From the NCBI GenBank assembly GCA_050008435.1, contig JBEKMQ010000002.1, positions 175,929 to 239,928 of the forward strand: a stretch of 64,000 bases of DNA, in the 5' to 3' direction. The position numbers and the translations under genes were made by a program. This stretch comes from Candidatus Bathyarchaeia archaeon. GTDB taxonomy: Archaea > Thermoproteota > Bathyarchaeia > Bathyarchaeales > Bathycorpusculaceae. The notes beneath the pieces are model-generated. The model saw only the letters and a program-made list of their open reading frames with translations, searched no databases and was not told the DNA's origin. This document shows positions 8,650 through 18,686 of the stretch, piece by piece (within the stretch, counting starts at the first letter, position 1; each line of letters begins with the position of its first letter).

Positions 8650-9972
8650 GTGACGATCTTGTGCCCCGACGAACAAATGTACGTTTTCATCCCAGGAAAA
8701 AACTGGAAACTCTCCCTAGCTGAACTCATAACATATCTTCAGACCAGAAAGATCAATTTCAAAGTCACCGACCTTTCAAAACCATTCTTCATCATCGCAA
8801 CCAAAAGCATCCTAGACCCGAAGATAGTTGACAACCTCGGAGGCACCATAAAAGCCGGCAAAGTCCTATCACAAATACCCTCCGAAACTGTTGAAGACGC
8901 CTTCCTTCACAAGAAAGAACACGCTCTCGCAGAGATCAGAAACTACCTATTGTCCGACCACGTTTTCAACAATCTTTTCGGAAAACCCCTCACCAAAAAT
9001 GTCTTTGGAGCCAGCATATACTTCGAAAACCCCCGTTTCCTTCACGTCTCCAAGAAAATTCAAAGATTCGTCGGAAGCTGCCTCAAAGACGAATTAGCCC
9101 TACAGGGAACAAAAGCCAGCTTCATGGGATTCCCCGAGAAAAGACGACTCCCACAGCTTACGCACGTTGAAGTGCTAAAAAAAGGGTTGGCCGAACAAGG
9201 CAAAGAGATACTCTTCTGCATAAGCAAAGCACAAACCTTCATATCCAAGACATCGAGCGTGCACAACCCCTTCGAATTTCAAAAGAGAGACATCAGCAGG
9301 CCAGTTCAGCGAAAGATCTACTCAATCCCTCCGAGACTAGCCAAGATCATGATAAACCTGTCTACTTGCTTGCCTGGAGAAGCCCTGCTTGACCCCTTCT
9401 GCGGCGTCGGCACGATTCTTCAAGAAGCCCTGCTCCTCAAGGCTCAGGTAACAGGAATAGACATAGACCCATGGTGTGTCAACGCTTCCCGCACGAACCT
9501 TCAATGGCTCACGAATCAATATGGGCTGAAAGAGGCAAAATATACTGTATTGCCGGGTGATTCCCGCAATCTGACGGACAAAGTCAATAGAGAAACTATT
9601 GACTGCATCGTGACAGAACCCGACCTCGGACCACCCCTCCGCCACTTTCCGACTGATTCATATGCGAGGCGCATGGCCGGCAAGTTGAAACTCTTATACC
9701 ACTCTTTTCTGAAAGGCGCTCACGAAACATTAAGAGCTGAAGGAAACCTAGTCTTCGTAACACCTTACGTGAAAACACGCTCCGGAAACTTCATCACATT
9801 GGATCTTGAAGAAGAAGTGAAAGCAATAGGCTTCAAAAAGACCTACCCATTCGAGAAGAACGTCTTTGCAGATGGCAGCCCACTGGTCAAAGAACTGGCG
9901 ACCACATCGTCGCTCGTTGACATCGGAAAGAAACACAAGATCGGCCGAGAAATCAACATTCTCCAGAAATAA
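8650..9972 (+). CDS. putative RNA (tRNA guanine-N2-type, Trm11/UPF0020-like) methyltransferase
   Basis: C-terminal class I MTase with LDPFCGVGTILQEA (motif I) and IVTEPDLGPP in place of DPPY. The long N-terminal domain has no recognisable motif. Confidence 0.5.
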   Translation: MTILCPDEQMYVFIPGKNWKLSLAELITYLQTRKINFKVTDLSKPFFIIATKSILDPKIVDNLGGTIKAGKVLSQIPSETVEDAFLHKKEHALAEIRNYLLSDHVFNNLFGKPLTKNVFGASIYFENPRFLHVSKKIQRFVGSCLKDELALQGTKASFMGFPEKRRLPQLTHVEVLKKGLAEQGKEILFCISKAQTFISKTSSVHNPFEFQKRDISRPVQRKIYSIPPRLAKIMINLSTCLPGEALLDPFCGVGTILQEALLLKAQVTGIDIDPWCVNASRTNLQWLTNQYGLKEAKYTVLPGDSRNLTDKVNRETIDCIVTEPDLGPPLRHFPTDSYARRMAGKLKLLYHSFLKGAHETLRAEGNLVFVTPYVKTRSGNFITLDLEEEVKAIGFKKTYPFEKNVFADGSPLVKELATTSSLVDIGKKHKIGREINILQK

Positions 9973-10058
9973 CACCGCGCATCCAAACAGCTGCCCTGAT
10001 TAGCTGAAATAGAAAAGTGAACAGTTGCAGCAGCAATCTTCATCGTCTGAAGAAATCA

Positions 10059-10628
10059 TCACTCACGTATTGCCGGTAATCTTTTGTTCCTAAACCATGT
10101 CTTGGCGAGTTCATCATAATTCGAAAATACTTTCTTCATGATCGGAATATACATCTGCATCTCGTCGTCAGTCAAATACTGAAATTGATATTCTCCGCTA
10201 TACGGTGCCGGCTGACCTTCTCTGGTAACGAATTCTATGTGCATGAAAGGGTCTCCACGCTTGATTACTATCGAACGCCGGTCATTGCCCAAGTTCACAA
10301 GCTCCAGAGCGAGCCTTCCAACAAACCCGCTGTGAACTTTGGCCGCATTCAAGAATGACAAGCCCATCCTTCCGTACTTGCTCTTGGCGGTCAAGTGAGC
10401 AACGTAGCTAGGCGGGATAAAGACCACTTCATACGATATCAAATTCTTGTGCTCCAAGTAGTTCAAGGCCGTTTCTTCCTTGACGCTTAGAATGTAACCG
10501 TCCCCGTCAAGCAGGTCGTAATCATAGGGATATATGCACTTGTAGTTCTCAATGAGCTCTCTCAGCTTGTCCTTCCCCAACACACACACTAAGCCAGACC
10601 TCCAAAGCTTTTCTACAATACTGAACAT
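10059..10628 (-). CDS. dCTP deaminase/dUTPase-superfamily protein
   Basis: KSKYGRMGLSF..AAKVHSGFVGRLALELVNLG...I.RGDPFMHIEF parallels the Dcd SSxaRlGl / DPGf.G..TLEl.N motif series. Confidence 0.55.
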   Translation of the reverse strand: MFSIVEKLWRSGLVCVLGKDKLRELIENYKCIYPYDYDLLDGDGYILSVKEETALNYLEHKNLISYEVVFIPPSYVAHLTAKSKYGRMGLSFLNAAKVHSGFVGRLALELVNLGNDRRSIVIKRGDPFMHIEFVTREGQPAPYSGEYQFQYLTDDEMQMYIPIMKKVFSNYDELAKTWFRNKRLPAIRE

Positions 10629-10675
10629 TTCATATTAAATAGTTTCCGACAGAACAGACTGCGAAGGCGAACCAG

Positions 10676-11275
10676 TTGAAATGCGCATATTGCAGAAGAC
10701 CTGCGGTTTACGTGTGCATCAAGTGCGGAGCGCCGACATGTGAACTACATGCGAAAGAGTCTGTGGTATGCCCCTCATGCATAAGGAAAAAAGGGACAAA
10801 ACATACCGTTAAGAAAGTCTCATCGAAGAATGAGAAGGACAAGATTAGAGCATTGGTAAGACAGTTCTGGGGTGAAGAGGAGCAGTTGACTTTTAACATC
10901 AAATTCAATGTTTCAGAGCAACCAGCATACGTTGCCCAAGTGGGAAATGAATTCGCTGGATTCATCTCCTTAAGCGAAAACCAAGATAGTTTGATCATTG
11001 TGGCTCTAGGCGTACACCCTGAATACCAGGACTCCGGAATTGGTCACAGCCTGATCAAGAAAGCCGAGGCGGAAGCAACAAAATTGCAGAAGAAAAAGTT
11101 GCTCGTCTCAACTTCAAACGATGATTTGCCAGCTTTAGGCTTCTATCAGTCTCTCGGTTTTCAGATTTTCGAAGTAGTACCGAACGCCATAGCAGAAAAA
11201 CATGGGACGACACTTGCAGGAGTAGGCGGATTGCCCATCAGAGATGAGTTAAGGTTGCAGAAGACTCTCAAATAA
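10676..11275 (+). CDS. GNAT family N-acetyltransferase with N-terminal zinc ribbon
   Basis: CAYC...CIKCG..C...CPSC N-terminus, then the GNAT motif A region VHPEYQDSGIGHSLIKKAE. Confidence 0.7.
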   Translation: MKCAYCRRPAVYVCIKCGAPTCELHAKESVVCPSCIRKKGTKHTVKKVSSKNEKDKIRALVRQFWGEEEQLTFNIKFNVSEQPAYVAQVGNEFAGFISLSENQDSLIIVALGVHPEYQDSGIGHSLIKKAEAEATKLQKKKLLVSTSNDDLPALGFYQSLGFQIFEVVPNAIAEKHGTTLAGVGGLPIRDELRLQKTLK

Positions 11276-11923
11276 CTATGCGTCTCTGCTTCTAAACACG
11301 CGATTCCCAACGTGTCCAGCTTCAATTAGGACTATCGACTCGAAGAATGGTAAATCCCGCATAACAATGATTTGGGCTTTCAAGCCTTTCTCGCTGAAAC
11401 TATCCAGAGTCCTTTCGACGCTCGACAACGTTGACTGCAACAGTAGAATCCGACCGTCAGGCATCAAATGATTTAAAGATTGGCAGATGAACCTGTCTAT
11501 AATTTGCCTACCAGTTTTTCCACCAGCCCAAGCGCGTTCCAGCCAGGATTCACCCTCGCCAGGGCTTGTTGGAAGGTAAGGAGCATTGAAAAGAATTAAG
11601 TTGAACGGTTCGCTCATATTCAATGAACTAAGCAGGTCTCCTTGAATGAAGGAGAACTTGTCGATTACACGGTTTAGCTTTGCATTCTCGCGCGCGCAAC
11701 GAACTGCGTGAGGGTTGATGTCAACAGCGACAACTCTTGAAGCATTCGCCGCAGCAATTACGCCCAGGATCCCGCATCCAGCTCCCACATCAAGAACATG
11801 TTTGCCGCTCTCACCCTGAAGATACTCAGCAAAAAGAAACGAATCTTCAGCAGGTTCGTAAACGTGGTCATAAACGTTGAAGACATAGCCTTCGAAGAAC
11901 ACTCGCTTAGCTGAAGAGGACAT
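11276..11923 (-). CDS. HemK/Mtq2-type (N5-glutamine) methyltransferase
   Basis: VLDVGAGCGILG (motif I) and LFNAPYLP (NPPY-type motif IV). Conserved next to ksgA in archaea. Confidence 0.7.
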   Translation of the reverse strand: MSSSAKRVFFEGYVFNVYDHVYEPAEDSFLFAEYLQGESGKHVLDVGAGCGILGVIAAANASRVVAVDINPHAVRCARENAKLNRVIDKFSFIQGDLLSSLNMSEPFNLILFNAPYLPTSPGEGESWLERAWAGGKTGRQIIDRFICQSLNHLMPDGRILLLQSTLSSVERTLDSFSEKGLKAQIIVMRDLPFFESIVLIEAGHVGNRVFRSRDA

Positions 11924-12755
11924 TTGCCAATTCTCCGAAATCTTCGGGTGCTAACATCCGTACTCGCTCATCAGAATAAGGAACTTTAGAAGCAATCGCT
12001 TCAGCGTCTTGGACAGTCTTTGCGAGTTTACTGCGAAGAAAAATATGAACGGCATTCCTCACCTTTCTATTGCGCTGAGTGAACAGGGTTTGCATCAGCC
12101 TTGTGAACAGCAGTTCATTCCTCACGGTAAAAGGTTTTGACTTTCTGAGCTCTAATCGAACGATAATGGAGTTTACATCTGGTTGTGGATAGAACACATG
12201 TTTTGGCACCTCCTCGAAAAGTTCGCATTTTGCTCGATAATAAGTGAGAACTGTCAGCCACCCGTAGTCTTCGGTTCCCACAGGTGCTACTAGACGGTTT
12301 GCAAACTCCTTCTGAAAGATCAAGACCGAAGAGTCAAAACCTCTATCCAGAAGCCACAGAAGCAGACGCGAAGAAATCCGGTATGGTGGAATCGACACCA
12401 CTTTGTCGAACTGTGGGACATCAGTCCTAAGTACGTTGCCAGCAATTACTCTAACGTTAGGCACGTTTTTGAACTGTTCGAGTAATATTCTTATGAGCCG
12501 ATTATCTGCTTCGACTGCCAGGACGCTTCTGCACTTGCCTGTCAGAAAACGTGTCAAGAAACCCAGACCTGCACCGATATCCAGTGTCACGTCATCTTTA
12601 TCGAGGGAAGCATAATCGCTCATGCTCTGAATTATTGAAGGCTCAATCATAAAATTCTGTCCCAGTAGTCTATTCGGAGAGATATGATACCTTCGAAGAA
12701 GAAGCTTCGTTCTTTCTAGTAGACTCACGCCGTTCGTAAGCAAGTTTGATTGCAC
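11907..12755 (-). CDS. ksgA: 16S rRNA dimethyladenosine transferase KsgA/Dim1
   Basis: LGQNFM start motif, DIGAGLGFLT, IPPYRISS. Confidence 0.9.
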   Translation of the reverse strand: MQSNLLTNGVSLLERTKLLLRRYHISPNRLLGQNFMIEPSIIQSMSDYASLDKDDVTLDIGAGLGFLTRFLTGKCRSVLAVEADNRLIRILLEQFKNVPNVRVIAGNVLRTDVPQFDKVVSIPPYRISSRLLLWLLDRGFDSSVLIFQKEFANRLVAPVGTEDYGWLTVLTYYRAKCELFEEVPKHVFYPQPDVNSIIVRLELRKSKPFTVRNELLFTRLMQTLFTQRNRKVRNAVHIFLRSKLAKTVQDAEAIASKVPYSDERVRMLAPEDFGELANVLFS

Positions 12756-13330
12756 TACTGGGTTCTAGTGAAGAGCCTATACTTGCTATCGCCAGACAGC
12801 TCTTCCAAGACTCTTTTAGTCACTAACTTGACAGGGTTGGGCAACTCTGTGCGTTTCTGTAAGTCATCATAGCTTTCAAAAGGTCTCTTTTCGCGCTCGT
12901 TTATGACCTGCCACATGTACTTCTTGCCTATTCCAGGGATCAATTCCAACGCATGCATTCTCGGTGTTATAGCTCTCGCGCTGTTGAAGAAGTTTATGAA
13001 CCAGTTTTCGCGGCTAAGCACTGTTCTGGATATGACGGCTGGGAGTTCCATTTTTGCAGCAGCTGTTAGTTCTTCGTATCTTATTCTTCCGATGATATAG
13101 GTGATCTCTTCTCTTGGTTCTTTTCCGACGTAGACGCGGTCATGAGGTTTCAACGTCACTCCATCTTTTACCAGCGCTTCCAACAGAGTGAAGAACTCTT
13201 CGCCCATAAGCTGAAGCAGGGCTCCTGCTCGGTATCCGGCTCTTCCGGTCGGTCGTACTCCGGAACGGCCGTGCGGTAAGAAATCCAAGACGTAGGCGTA
13301 CTCTTCGTATCGCTTTTCCATCATGGCCAT
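12755..13330 (-). CDS. DUF655 family protein (HhH-containing, conserved archaeal)
   Basis: YAYVLDFLPHGR N-terminus and LELIPGIGKK helix-hairpin-helix. Conserved position beside ksgA. Confidence 0.75.
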   Translation of the reverse strand: MAMMEKRYEEYAYVLDFLPHGRSGVRPTGRAGYRAGALLQLMGEEFFTLLEALVKDGVTLKPHDRVYVGKEPREEITYIIGRIRYEELTAAAKMELPAVISRTVLSRENWFINFFNSARAITPRMHALELIPGIGKKYMWQVINEREKRPFESYDDLQKRTELPNPVKLVTKRVLEELSGDSKYRLFTRTQ

Positions 13331-13384
13331 AGTCTCTATTCTATGTTCTTATTGCTTTAAAAATGGTTGCTTGGCGAGACCGGG

Positions 13385-13723
13385 TTATTTGGTTTTTTCG
13401 TGTTCAACCAGGAGGTCTACAATAGTTTTCAACGCCGAAGCATCGATGATCTTACGACCACTGGTGAGAAAGACTCTTAACTCGTCAACAGTCTTGGGTA
13501 GACAGTTGATTATTTGCACCGCCTCTTCTTCTTCTAAGCCGAATTCTTTTGTAAGCTTCTCCACAAGTTTCGCAGCTACTTTCGGCTCGACTTTGGAGAA
13601 CTTGGATACATAGTCAAGGGTTCGACGCTGCAATTGATCTAGGTTTTCCTCGCCGAGAGACTCGAGCAACGTCTTGACTTCGGGAAGTGTTTGGTTTTTT
13701 TCCCCAACGTTTTCTTTTGGCAT
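13385..13723 (-). CDS. rpoF: DNA-directed RNA polymerase subunit F (Rpo4)
   Basis: 112 aa HRDC-like protein (EAVQIINCLPKTVDELR), immediately downstream of rpl21e as in other archaea. Confidence 0.75.
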   Translation of the reverse strand: MPKENVGEKNQTLPEVKTLLESLGEENLDQLQRRTLDYVSKFSKVEPKVAAKLVEKLTKEFGLEEEEAVQIINCLPKTVDELRVFLTSGRKIIDASALKTIVDLLVEHEKTK

Positions 13724-14020
13724 CTAATCACCTTTAAACGGCTCTATGTGTTCAGGTCTGACTATAATTTCCTTGACTGCGTTTCCCTGCGGAACGGTCA
13801 CCACGTAGCTTCGCCCACGCTTTTCAGTCACCGTACCGGTCTTTCCGTGAAAGCGTCTATGAGGCATCCCTTTCTGGATGCTTGGATCTATTCTCACGAC
13901 GACGCGGTTCCCGGGCTGATATTCTTGGAGCAGTTTGCTCATTCTTATTTTTCCGCGTTCTTTATGCTCTTTCTTCAATAACCGGCGTGTACCTGAACGA
14001 TAACCCTTTGACCCTCTCAT
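13724..14020 (-). CDS. rpl21e: 50S ribosomal protein L21e
   Basis: MRGSKGYRSGTR...HRRFHGKTG.V motifs of L21e. Confidence 0.9.
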   Translation of the reverse strand: MRGSKGYRSGTRRLLKKEHKERGKIRMSKLLQEYQPGNRVVVRIDPSIQKGMPHRRFHGKTGTVTEKRGRSYVVTVPQGNAVKEIIVRPEHIEPFKGD

Positions 14021-14031
14021 ATTCTCACTTG

Positions 14032-15363
14032 CTAAACTTTCATAATCACGTTTAGAACGTCAAGTTTTACTGGTTTGGCCTTGTTTTCAAGAATTTCTGA
14101 AACGTTGGGCGTCGTTCTTCCTTCATCTCCAGTCACGAGCTCCTTGACATAAAGTCCTCCTTGGCAACGTAGCTTCATCTCAAGTTTTCTCGGTGACAGC
14201 TTCTTTATGTCCACGTCGTATATGTACCTTTCCCGGGTCAGATCTGCACGTCTGTGAAGTACACGAATGGGCGTCTTCTGAGTGATCACGGAATTCTTCA
14301 GCCTATCTCTTAGACGATTTATGTCATTAGCTGCAACTGCCTTCTTGAACTCGACGATCAATCGGTATTCTTTCTGCGTGGACTCGCCTCTCTTCAGTTT
14401 TCTTACGGTGTTCTTGTCCGCAAACTTTAGGCCTGAAACTGCAACTTTCCCATTCCCATAGGCGTTCACCTCTTCTTCGAGTCTCTTGAGTTCCAAGAAT
14501 CGATGCTTAGGTCTTGTTATTTCGAGTACGAAAGGTCTGCCATGGCCTAACATGCGAGCGTCGATGTCCTCCCTGCCAGATGCATGAAACGATGATTTGA
14601 CACCTTCAGTTGTATCCAGGAAGGGTTTTCCAATAATTTCCTCTACTGACTCGAGGTACATCTTCCCAGTCCAGTTGCATTTTTCGCAACCCCTACCTCG
14701 ACATTCTGAGCAGAACCACTTTGACTGTGGGATGTTCCTCACGTATTTTCGATATCGTCCAGCGACGAACAAAGGGTTGATTTGGAGTCTTACAGACTCT
14801 GTATAGGGGTTCACCAGAACGACCACATCCGGTTTCATGAATTCCACGAGTTTACTGTTCTCTTCAGCAATTCTTTTGCCTATCAACCTTCCAAACTCGT
14901 TCCGCATACTTTCTCCACGATCTGTCGTGAACTCAGCTTTGAATTCATCCTCGCGCTCTTCGACACTAACGGGCAGTTCCGTTCCTACCAAGAAGCTGGC
15001 GTATTCGTAGGTTTCGAGCATCGTCAGAGCCTTACTTACCAAGTTTTCAACACTGTTGAATCTATCTTCGCACAGAAAACACCGTTTTAAAACGGTTTTC
15101 TTCGGTAAGTGCCCTTTCATTTTTTGAAGCAGTTCCTGTGCAGTCTTGGAGAAACCGTTGGTTGCAAGAGTTTTAAGAATCTTGACGCCTTCCTTGTCTG
15201 TTACAGAAATTGAATGTGCCTCCAGTGCTAAGATGAGTTTTATTGATCTTCCTCGTTCGTCGTTTTCGATTCCGTGACCTAGCAGGGCGAATTGTCTTCC
15301 TAGGCAATGGTCGCATAAAGGATGCTTTTCAATCATCTTTAGCGATTTCTGTAGAATGCTCAT
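14032..15363 (-). CDS. pus10: tRNA pseudouridine synthase Pus10
   Basis: CDHCLGRQFA zinc-binding N-terminus, THUMP-like middle, and the C-terminal catalytic region GREDIDARMLGHGRPFVLE. Confidence 0.85.
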   Translation of the reverse strand: MSILQKSLKMIEKHPLCDHCLGRQFALLGHGIENDERGRSIKLILALEAHSISVTDKEGVKILKTLATNGFSKTAQELLQKMKGHLPKKTVLKRCFLCEDRFNSVENLVSKALTMLETYEYASFLVGTELPVSVEEREDEFKAEFTTDRGESMRNEFGRLIGKRIAEENSKLVEFMKPDVVVLVNPYTESVRLQINPLFVAGRYRKYVRNIPQSKWFCSECRGRGCEKCNWTGKMYLESVEEIIGKPFLDTTEGVKSSFHASGREDIDARMLGHGRPFVLEITRPKHRFLELKRLEEEVNAYGNGKVAVSGLKFADKNTVRKLKRGESTQKEYRLIVEFKKAVAANDINRLRDRLKNSVITQKTPIRVLHRRADLTRERYIYDVDIKKLSPRKLEMKLRCQGGLYVKELVTGDEGRTTPNVSEILENKAKPVKLDVLNVIMKV

Positions 15364-15386
15364 AACGTATCCTCAGAATTGGCCCA

Positions 15387-16718
15387 CTATAGATCGAGGG
15401 GCATGCCCTTGCCAAGGAAGGGCAACTTCTTTTTTCTCCTTAGAGTTTTAAGCATTCGGCGCATCACGACGTACTGTTTCAGAAGCTCTTTCACTTCCTT
15501 CTCGCTTGTCCCCGAACCTTTGGCCACTCGTCTCATTCTTGACGCATTGAACATCTTTGGGTTCTCTTTCTCCTTGGGGGTCATAGACTGGATCATGACT
15601 CGCCACTTTTCAAGTCTGTCTTCGGCCGTGTTTAGCATGTCTTCGGGTATATTGTACGACATGCCTGGGAGCATTTTCAATAGCTTTCGGAATGTGCCCA
15701 TGCCTTTCATTGCTTCAAACTGTTCATACATGTCTGTTAGAGTAAACTTTCCGCTGAGAATGGCTTTGGCCTTTTTTTCTGGAACCCTAACCTCTGCTTC
15801 GCGGACTTTCTCGAGCAACGTTTCCAAGTCGCCCATGCCTAAGAGTCTTCCAACGAATCGTGAGGGAACGAAGGCCTCTATGTCTTCGACTTTTTCGCCT
15901 GTGCCGATGAACTTTATAGGCGCTCCAGTGGCGGCCACTGCAGAAAGCGCTCCGCCTCCTCTTGCAGAGCCGTCGAGTTTTGTCACAAGGATCGAACCTA
16001 TGGGTGTGGCTTTGTTGAAGGCTTCAGCTTGAACCATAGCTTGCTGGCCGATCGTGCCGTCAATTACAAGCATGACTTCGTCTGGTTTGATGTTGTTTTC
16101 AAGCGTTTTCATTTCTTTGATGAGTTCCTGCTCTTCCTTGTGGCGGCCTGAAGTGTCGATTATGACTATGTCCTTGTCTGTGAACTGCTTCAGTCCCTCT
16201 TTGGCGACCTTCACGGGGTCTTTAGCTTTTGTGTCGCCGTAGATCGGCACGTTTACTCGGTTTGCCAGCTGCTGAAGTTGTGGGTAGGCTCCTGGTCTGA
16301 ACGTGTCCGCACACACTAGTGCTGGTCTGAGCCCTCTTTTCTGGAAGTATCTGGCCAGTTTTGCGCCGTTCGTCGTCTTTCCTGAACCTTGTATGCCTAC
16401 GAGCATGATCATTTTTCTTTTTCCCGGTTCAAATCTTATAGGGACGGCTTTGTCTCCGAGGAATCGTGTCAGTTCTTCGTAGACGACTTTTATTATGTGT
16501 TCACGCCTCGAAACTCCTGGCGGGACCTTTTCTTTCAGGGCTCGCTCTTCTATTCGTTTCGAAATTTCAAGGACGAGTTTGACGTTGACGTCAGATTGCA
16601 GAAGAGCCCTTTGAATGTCACGAACAAGCTCTTTAACCGTAGCCTCGTCTACGACAGAAGCCTTGAAAACTTTCCTCAGCGCATCGTAGAGTGAAGAGCC
16701 TAAACGTTCTAAGGCCAT
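15387..16718 (-). CDS. srp54: signal recognition particle protein SRP54
   Basis: GIQGSGKTT P-loop, DTSGR and TKLDG motifs, plus a Met-rich M domain. The likely start is MALERLG (16718); the ORF extends to 16760. Confidence 0.95.
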   Translation of the reverse strand: MALERLGSSLYDALRKVFKASVVDEATVKELVRDIQRALLQSDVNVKLVLEISKRIEERALKEKVPPGVSRREHIIKVVYEELTRFLGDKAVPIRFEPGKRKMIMLVGIQGSGKTTNGAKLARYFQKRGLRPALVCADTFRPGAYPQLQQLANRVNVPIYGDTKAKDPVKVAKEGLKQFTDKDIVIIDTSGRHKEEQELIKEMKTLENNIKPDEVMLVIDGTIGQQAMVQAEAFNKATPIGSILVTKLDGSARGGGALSAVAATGAPIKFIGTGEKVEDIEAFVPSRFVGRLLGMGDLETLLEKVREAEVRVPEKKAKAILSGKFTLTDMYEQFEAMKGMGTFRKLLKMLPGMSYNIPEDMLNTAEDRLEKWRVMIQSMTPKEKENPKMFNASRMRRVAKGSGTSEKEVKELLKQYVVMRRMLKTLRRKKKLPFLGKGMPLDL

Positions 16719-16832
16719 GATTTTCTCCTGAGTTAAGAATCGTCTGGTCTTTAAATACATATTCCGTTGTGCGTGTTTGTTTCCAGCAAGTTTTTTACGG
16801 TGAGTTGATTTTTCATTGTTGAGGAATCATGG

Positions 16833-17576
16833 TTGAGTGAGATCAGCATTGTGGAAAAGGGTCGGATCCCTTCAGGTGCGGTCATGCTGTTCGGTTTTCC
16901 AGATGTAGGACTGGTCGGCGTTATAGCAGCATCGCATATGATTGAAGAGCTTAATCTGGCCGAAGTGGCTCAGGTGGAGTCAAGATTACTACCGCCGTTG
17001 ATTGTGCTTCATGAAGGGCTTCCGCACTCGGCGATAAGGATTTTTGGAAATCACGATGTCCTGTTGGCCGTTTCTGAGACTCCGGTGCCTGCCGACATGG
17101 TCTATCTGGTTGTTGATGCTTTGATTGATTGGGGAAGACAGAAGAAGGTTAGGATGATGATTTCGCTGAGCGGCATACCTGTTCAAGAAAGACAGGATTT
17201 GAAGGAACTGAAGGTGTTTGCTGCTTCATCAAGCGTAGAGGTGCTCACGGCTGTTAAAGCCAAGAGTATCGAGGTGTTGATGGAGGGGTACATGGTTGGC
17301 CCGCAGGCCGTAATGCTCATGCGGTGTGCTCAAATCGGGCTCCCGGCAACGGCGCTGCTTGCACAGTGTTTTCTTAACTACCCGGATCCAGAAGCAGCTG
17401 CTGAGGTTCTGAAGAGCTTGGCGAAGGTGACGGGGATAGGAGTTGACGTTGCAAAGTTGTTGGAGAAGGGCGAGGAGATTCGGCTTAAGGCAAGAGACGT
17501 TATGAAACGGACTCAGGAAGAGATGTCGAAGATGAAGAAGAGTCAAGAGTACGATATTCCGGTGTATGTTTCATGA
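16833..17576 (+). CDS. PAC2-family proteasome assembly chaperone-like protein
   Basis: LFGFPDVGLVGVIAASHMIE N-terminus is typical of the archaeal PAC2 (PF09754-like) family. Confidence 0.6.
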   Translation: MSEISIVEKGRIPSGAVMLFGFPDVGLVGVIAASHMIEELNLAEVAQVESRLLPPLIVLHEGLPHSAIRIFGNHDVLLAVSETPVPADMVYLVVDALIDWGRQKKVRMMISLSGIPVQERQDLKELKVFAASSSVEVLTAVKAKSIEVLMEGYMVGPQAVMLMRCAQIGLPATALLAQCFLNYPDPEAAAEVLKSLAKVTGIGVDVAKLLEKGEEIRLKARDVMKRTQEEMSKMKKSQEYDIPVYVS

Positions 17577-18051
17577 GGAGACGGTGATGGTGTCGATCAA
17601 GAAGAGACGTTCGGCCGCGGATGATTTTGATGTTTATTTTCGGGATTTGAGACGGGAGTTTGAAGAATGGGGAGGCAAGCTGTTCGAAAGCCCAAGTTGG
17701 AATCAGAAGGCCTCTACGATCGAGCCGCTTCGTGACATGATCGTGGCGCCGACCGAAGTCGTGGTGACTGTCGATCTGCCTTTCACGAGGGAGAACACGC
17801 TGCAGGTCAGGGCGCTTGATGAGAACACGATAGAGATTTCGGCCGAGATGAAGAGGAAGATGAGTTTTAGGGAGTTGGGCATAACACATCACGTGGGGGA
17901 ATTCCAGAGGTTTCATTTTCAGTCTCGCATTCCGGTGCCGGTGCAGATGAAGAAGATGAAGATCCGCTTCAGGAAAGGAATGCTGGAGGTTCATATTCCT
18001 CGCGGGCGCGCGCGTTCAGAAAGTAGAAGTCGAGCTCTGGGGCAAAAGTAA
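17566..18051 (+). CDS. Hsp20/alpha-crystallin-like small heat shock protein
   Basis: VVVTVDLPF..ENTLQVRALDENTIEISAE ... RFRKGMLEVHIPR follows the ACD beta-sandwich pattern. It overlaps the upstream gene by 11 nt. Confidence 0.6.
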   Translation: MFHEETVMVSIKKRRSAADDFDVYFRDLRREFEEWGGKLFESPSWNQKASTIEPLRDMIVAPTEVVVTVDLPFTRENTLQVRALDENTIEISAEMKRKMSFRELGITHHVGEFQRFHFQSRIPVPVQMKKMKIRFRKGMLEVHIPRGRARSESRSRALGQK

Positions 18052-18272
18052 CTTCCATTAGCATCGTTCAAGCAGGGCCAGAACGTTGAACTGCGGTTGA
18101 GCGTTATTTTATAAGCCTCAGCCCCATGTTGGATTCGTCACAAGTCAGACGGCTCTTCTAGCATCATCGGCTCTGCTCGTATGCTACGCGTTGCGTCGAA
18201 TTAAACGTTGATGGAAAGTCTTTTAACACGATTGTGACCTAAACTGTTGAGCGGTTCACTGAGTGAAAATCT

Positions 18273-18479
18273 ATGCCGGTAGAACGAGGTATCCATTTGG
18301 CCATTTTCGTCTTGTTGTTGATAGGCTTGTGTTCGCTGACTGGTTGGGTCAGCCATGCTTATTTGCCTGAGCTGATTCTGCAGGTGGCGGCCATAGCATT
18401 GAGTTGGGGAACGATTCTTCTGGTTCTCTACGCTGGCTTCAGAGCGCTACACTGGGACTGGTGGACAGAACATTCGTGA
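18273..18479 (+). CDS. small membrane protein (2 TM)
   Basis: 68 aa with two hydrophobic helices. No recognisable family. Confidence 0.4.
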   Translation: MPVERGIHLAIFVLLLIGLCSLTGWVSHAYLPELILQVAAIALSWGTILLVLYAGFRALHWDWWTEHS

Positions 18480-18500
18480 AAGAGAATCAGCATCATGAGC

Positions 18501-18563
18501 GGACCTGCGGTTTAGGGCTGAAAACACGCCAAAAACGCACCTCCCCCTCCTAGGTCGGTTTTT
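18501..18563 (-). repeat. structured repeat unit U4 (type II hairpin, truncated tail), inverted relative to 8253-8365
   Basis: The reverse complement reads AAAAACCGACCTAGGAGGGGGAGG TGCGTTTTT/GGCGTGTTTTCAGCCC/TAAACCGCA. Hairpin at 18506-18539. Confidence 0.8.
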
Positions 18564-18686
18564 GGGTTTTCCGGTGTGAAGTCTCGTGTGTGCTGATGGC
18601 AGGACTGGGCTTACTCAACTGTTGGGTTGAAAACACGCGAACAGTTGATACCCCCCTCCCCGGTCGGTTTTTTGGTTTCCAGCATG
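18564..18686 (-). repeat. structured repeat unit U3 (type I hairpin), inverted relative to 8144-8252
   Basis: The reverse complement reads AAAAAACCGACCGGGGAGGGGGG..TCAACTGTT/CGCGTGTTTTCAACCC/AACAGTTGA..CATCAGC..CACGAGACTTC..GGAAAACCC. Positions 18674-18686 look like the tail of a further unit. Confidence 0.85.
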
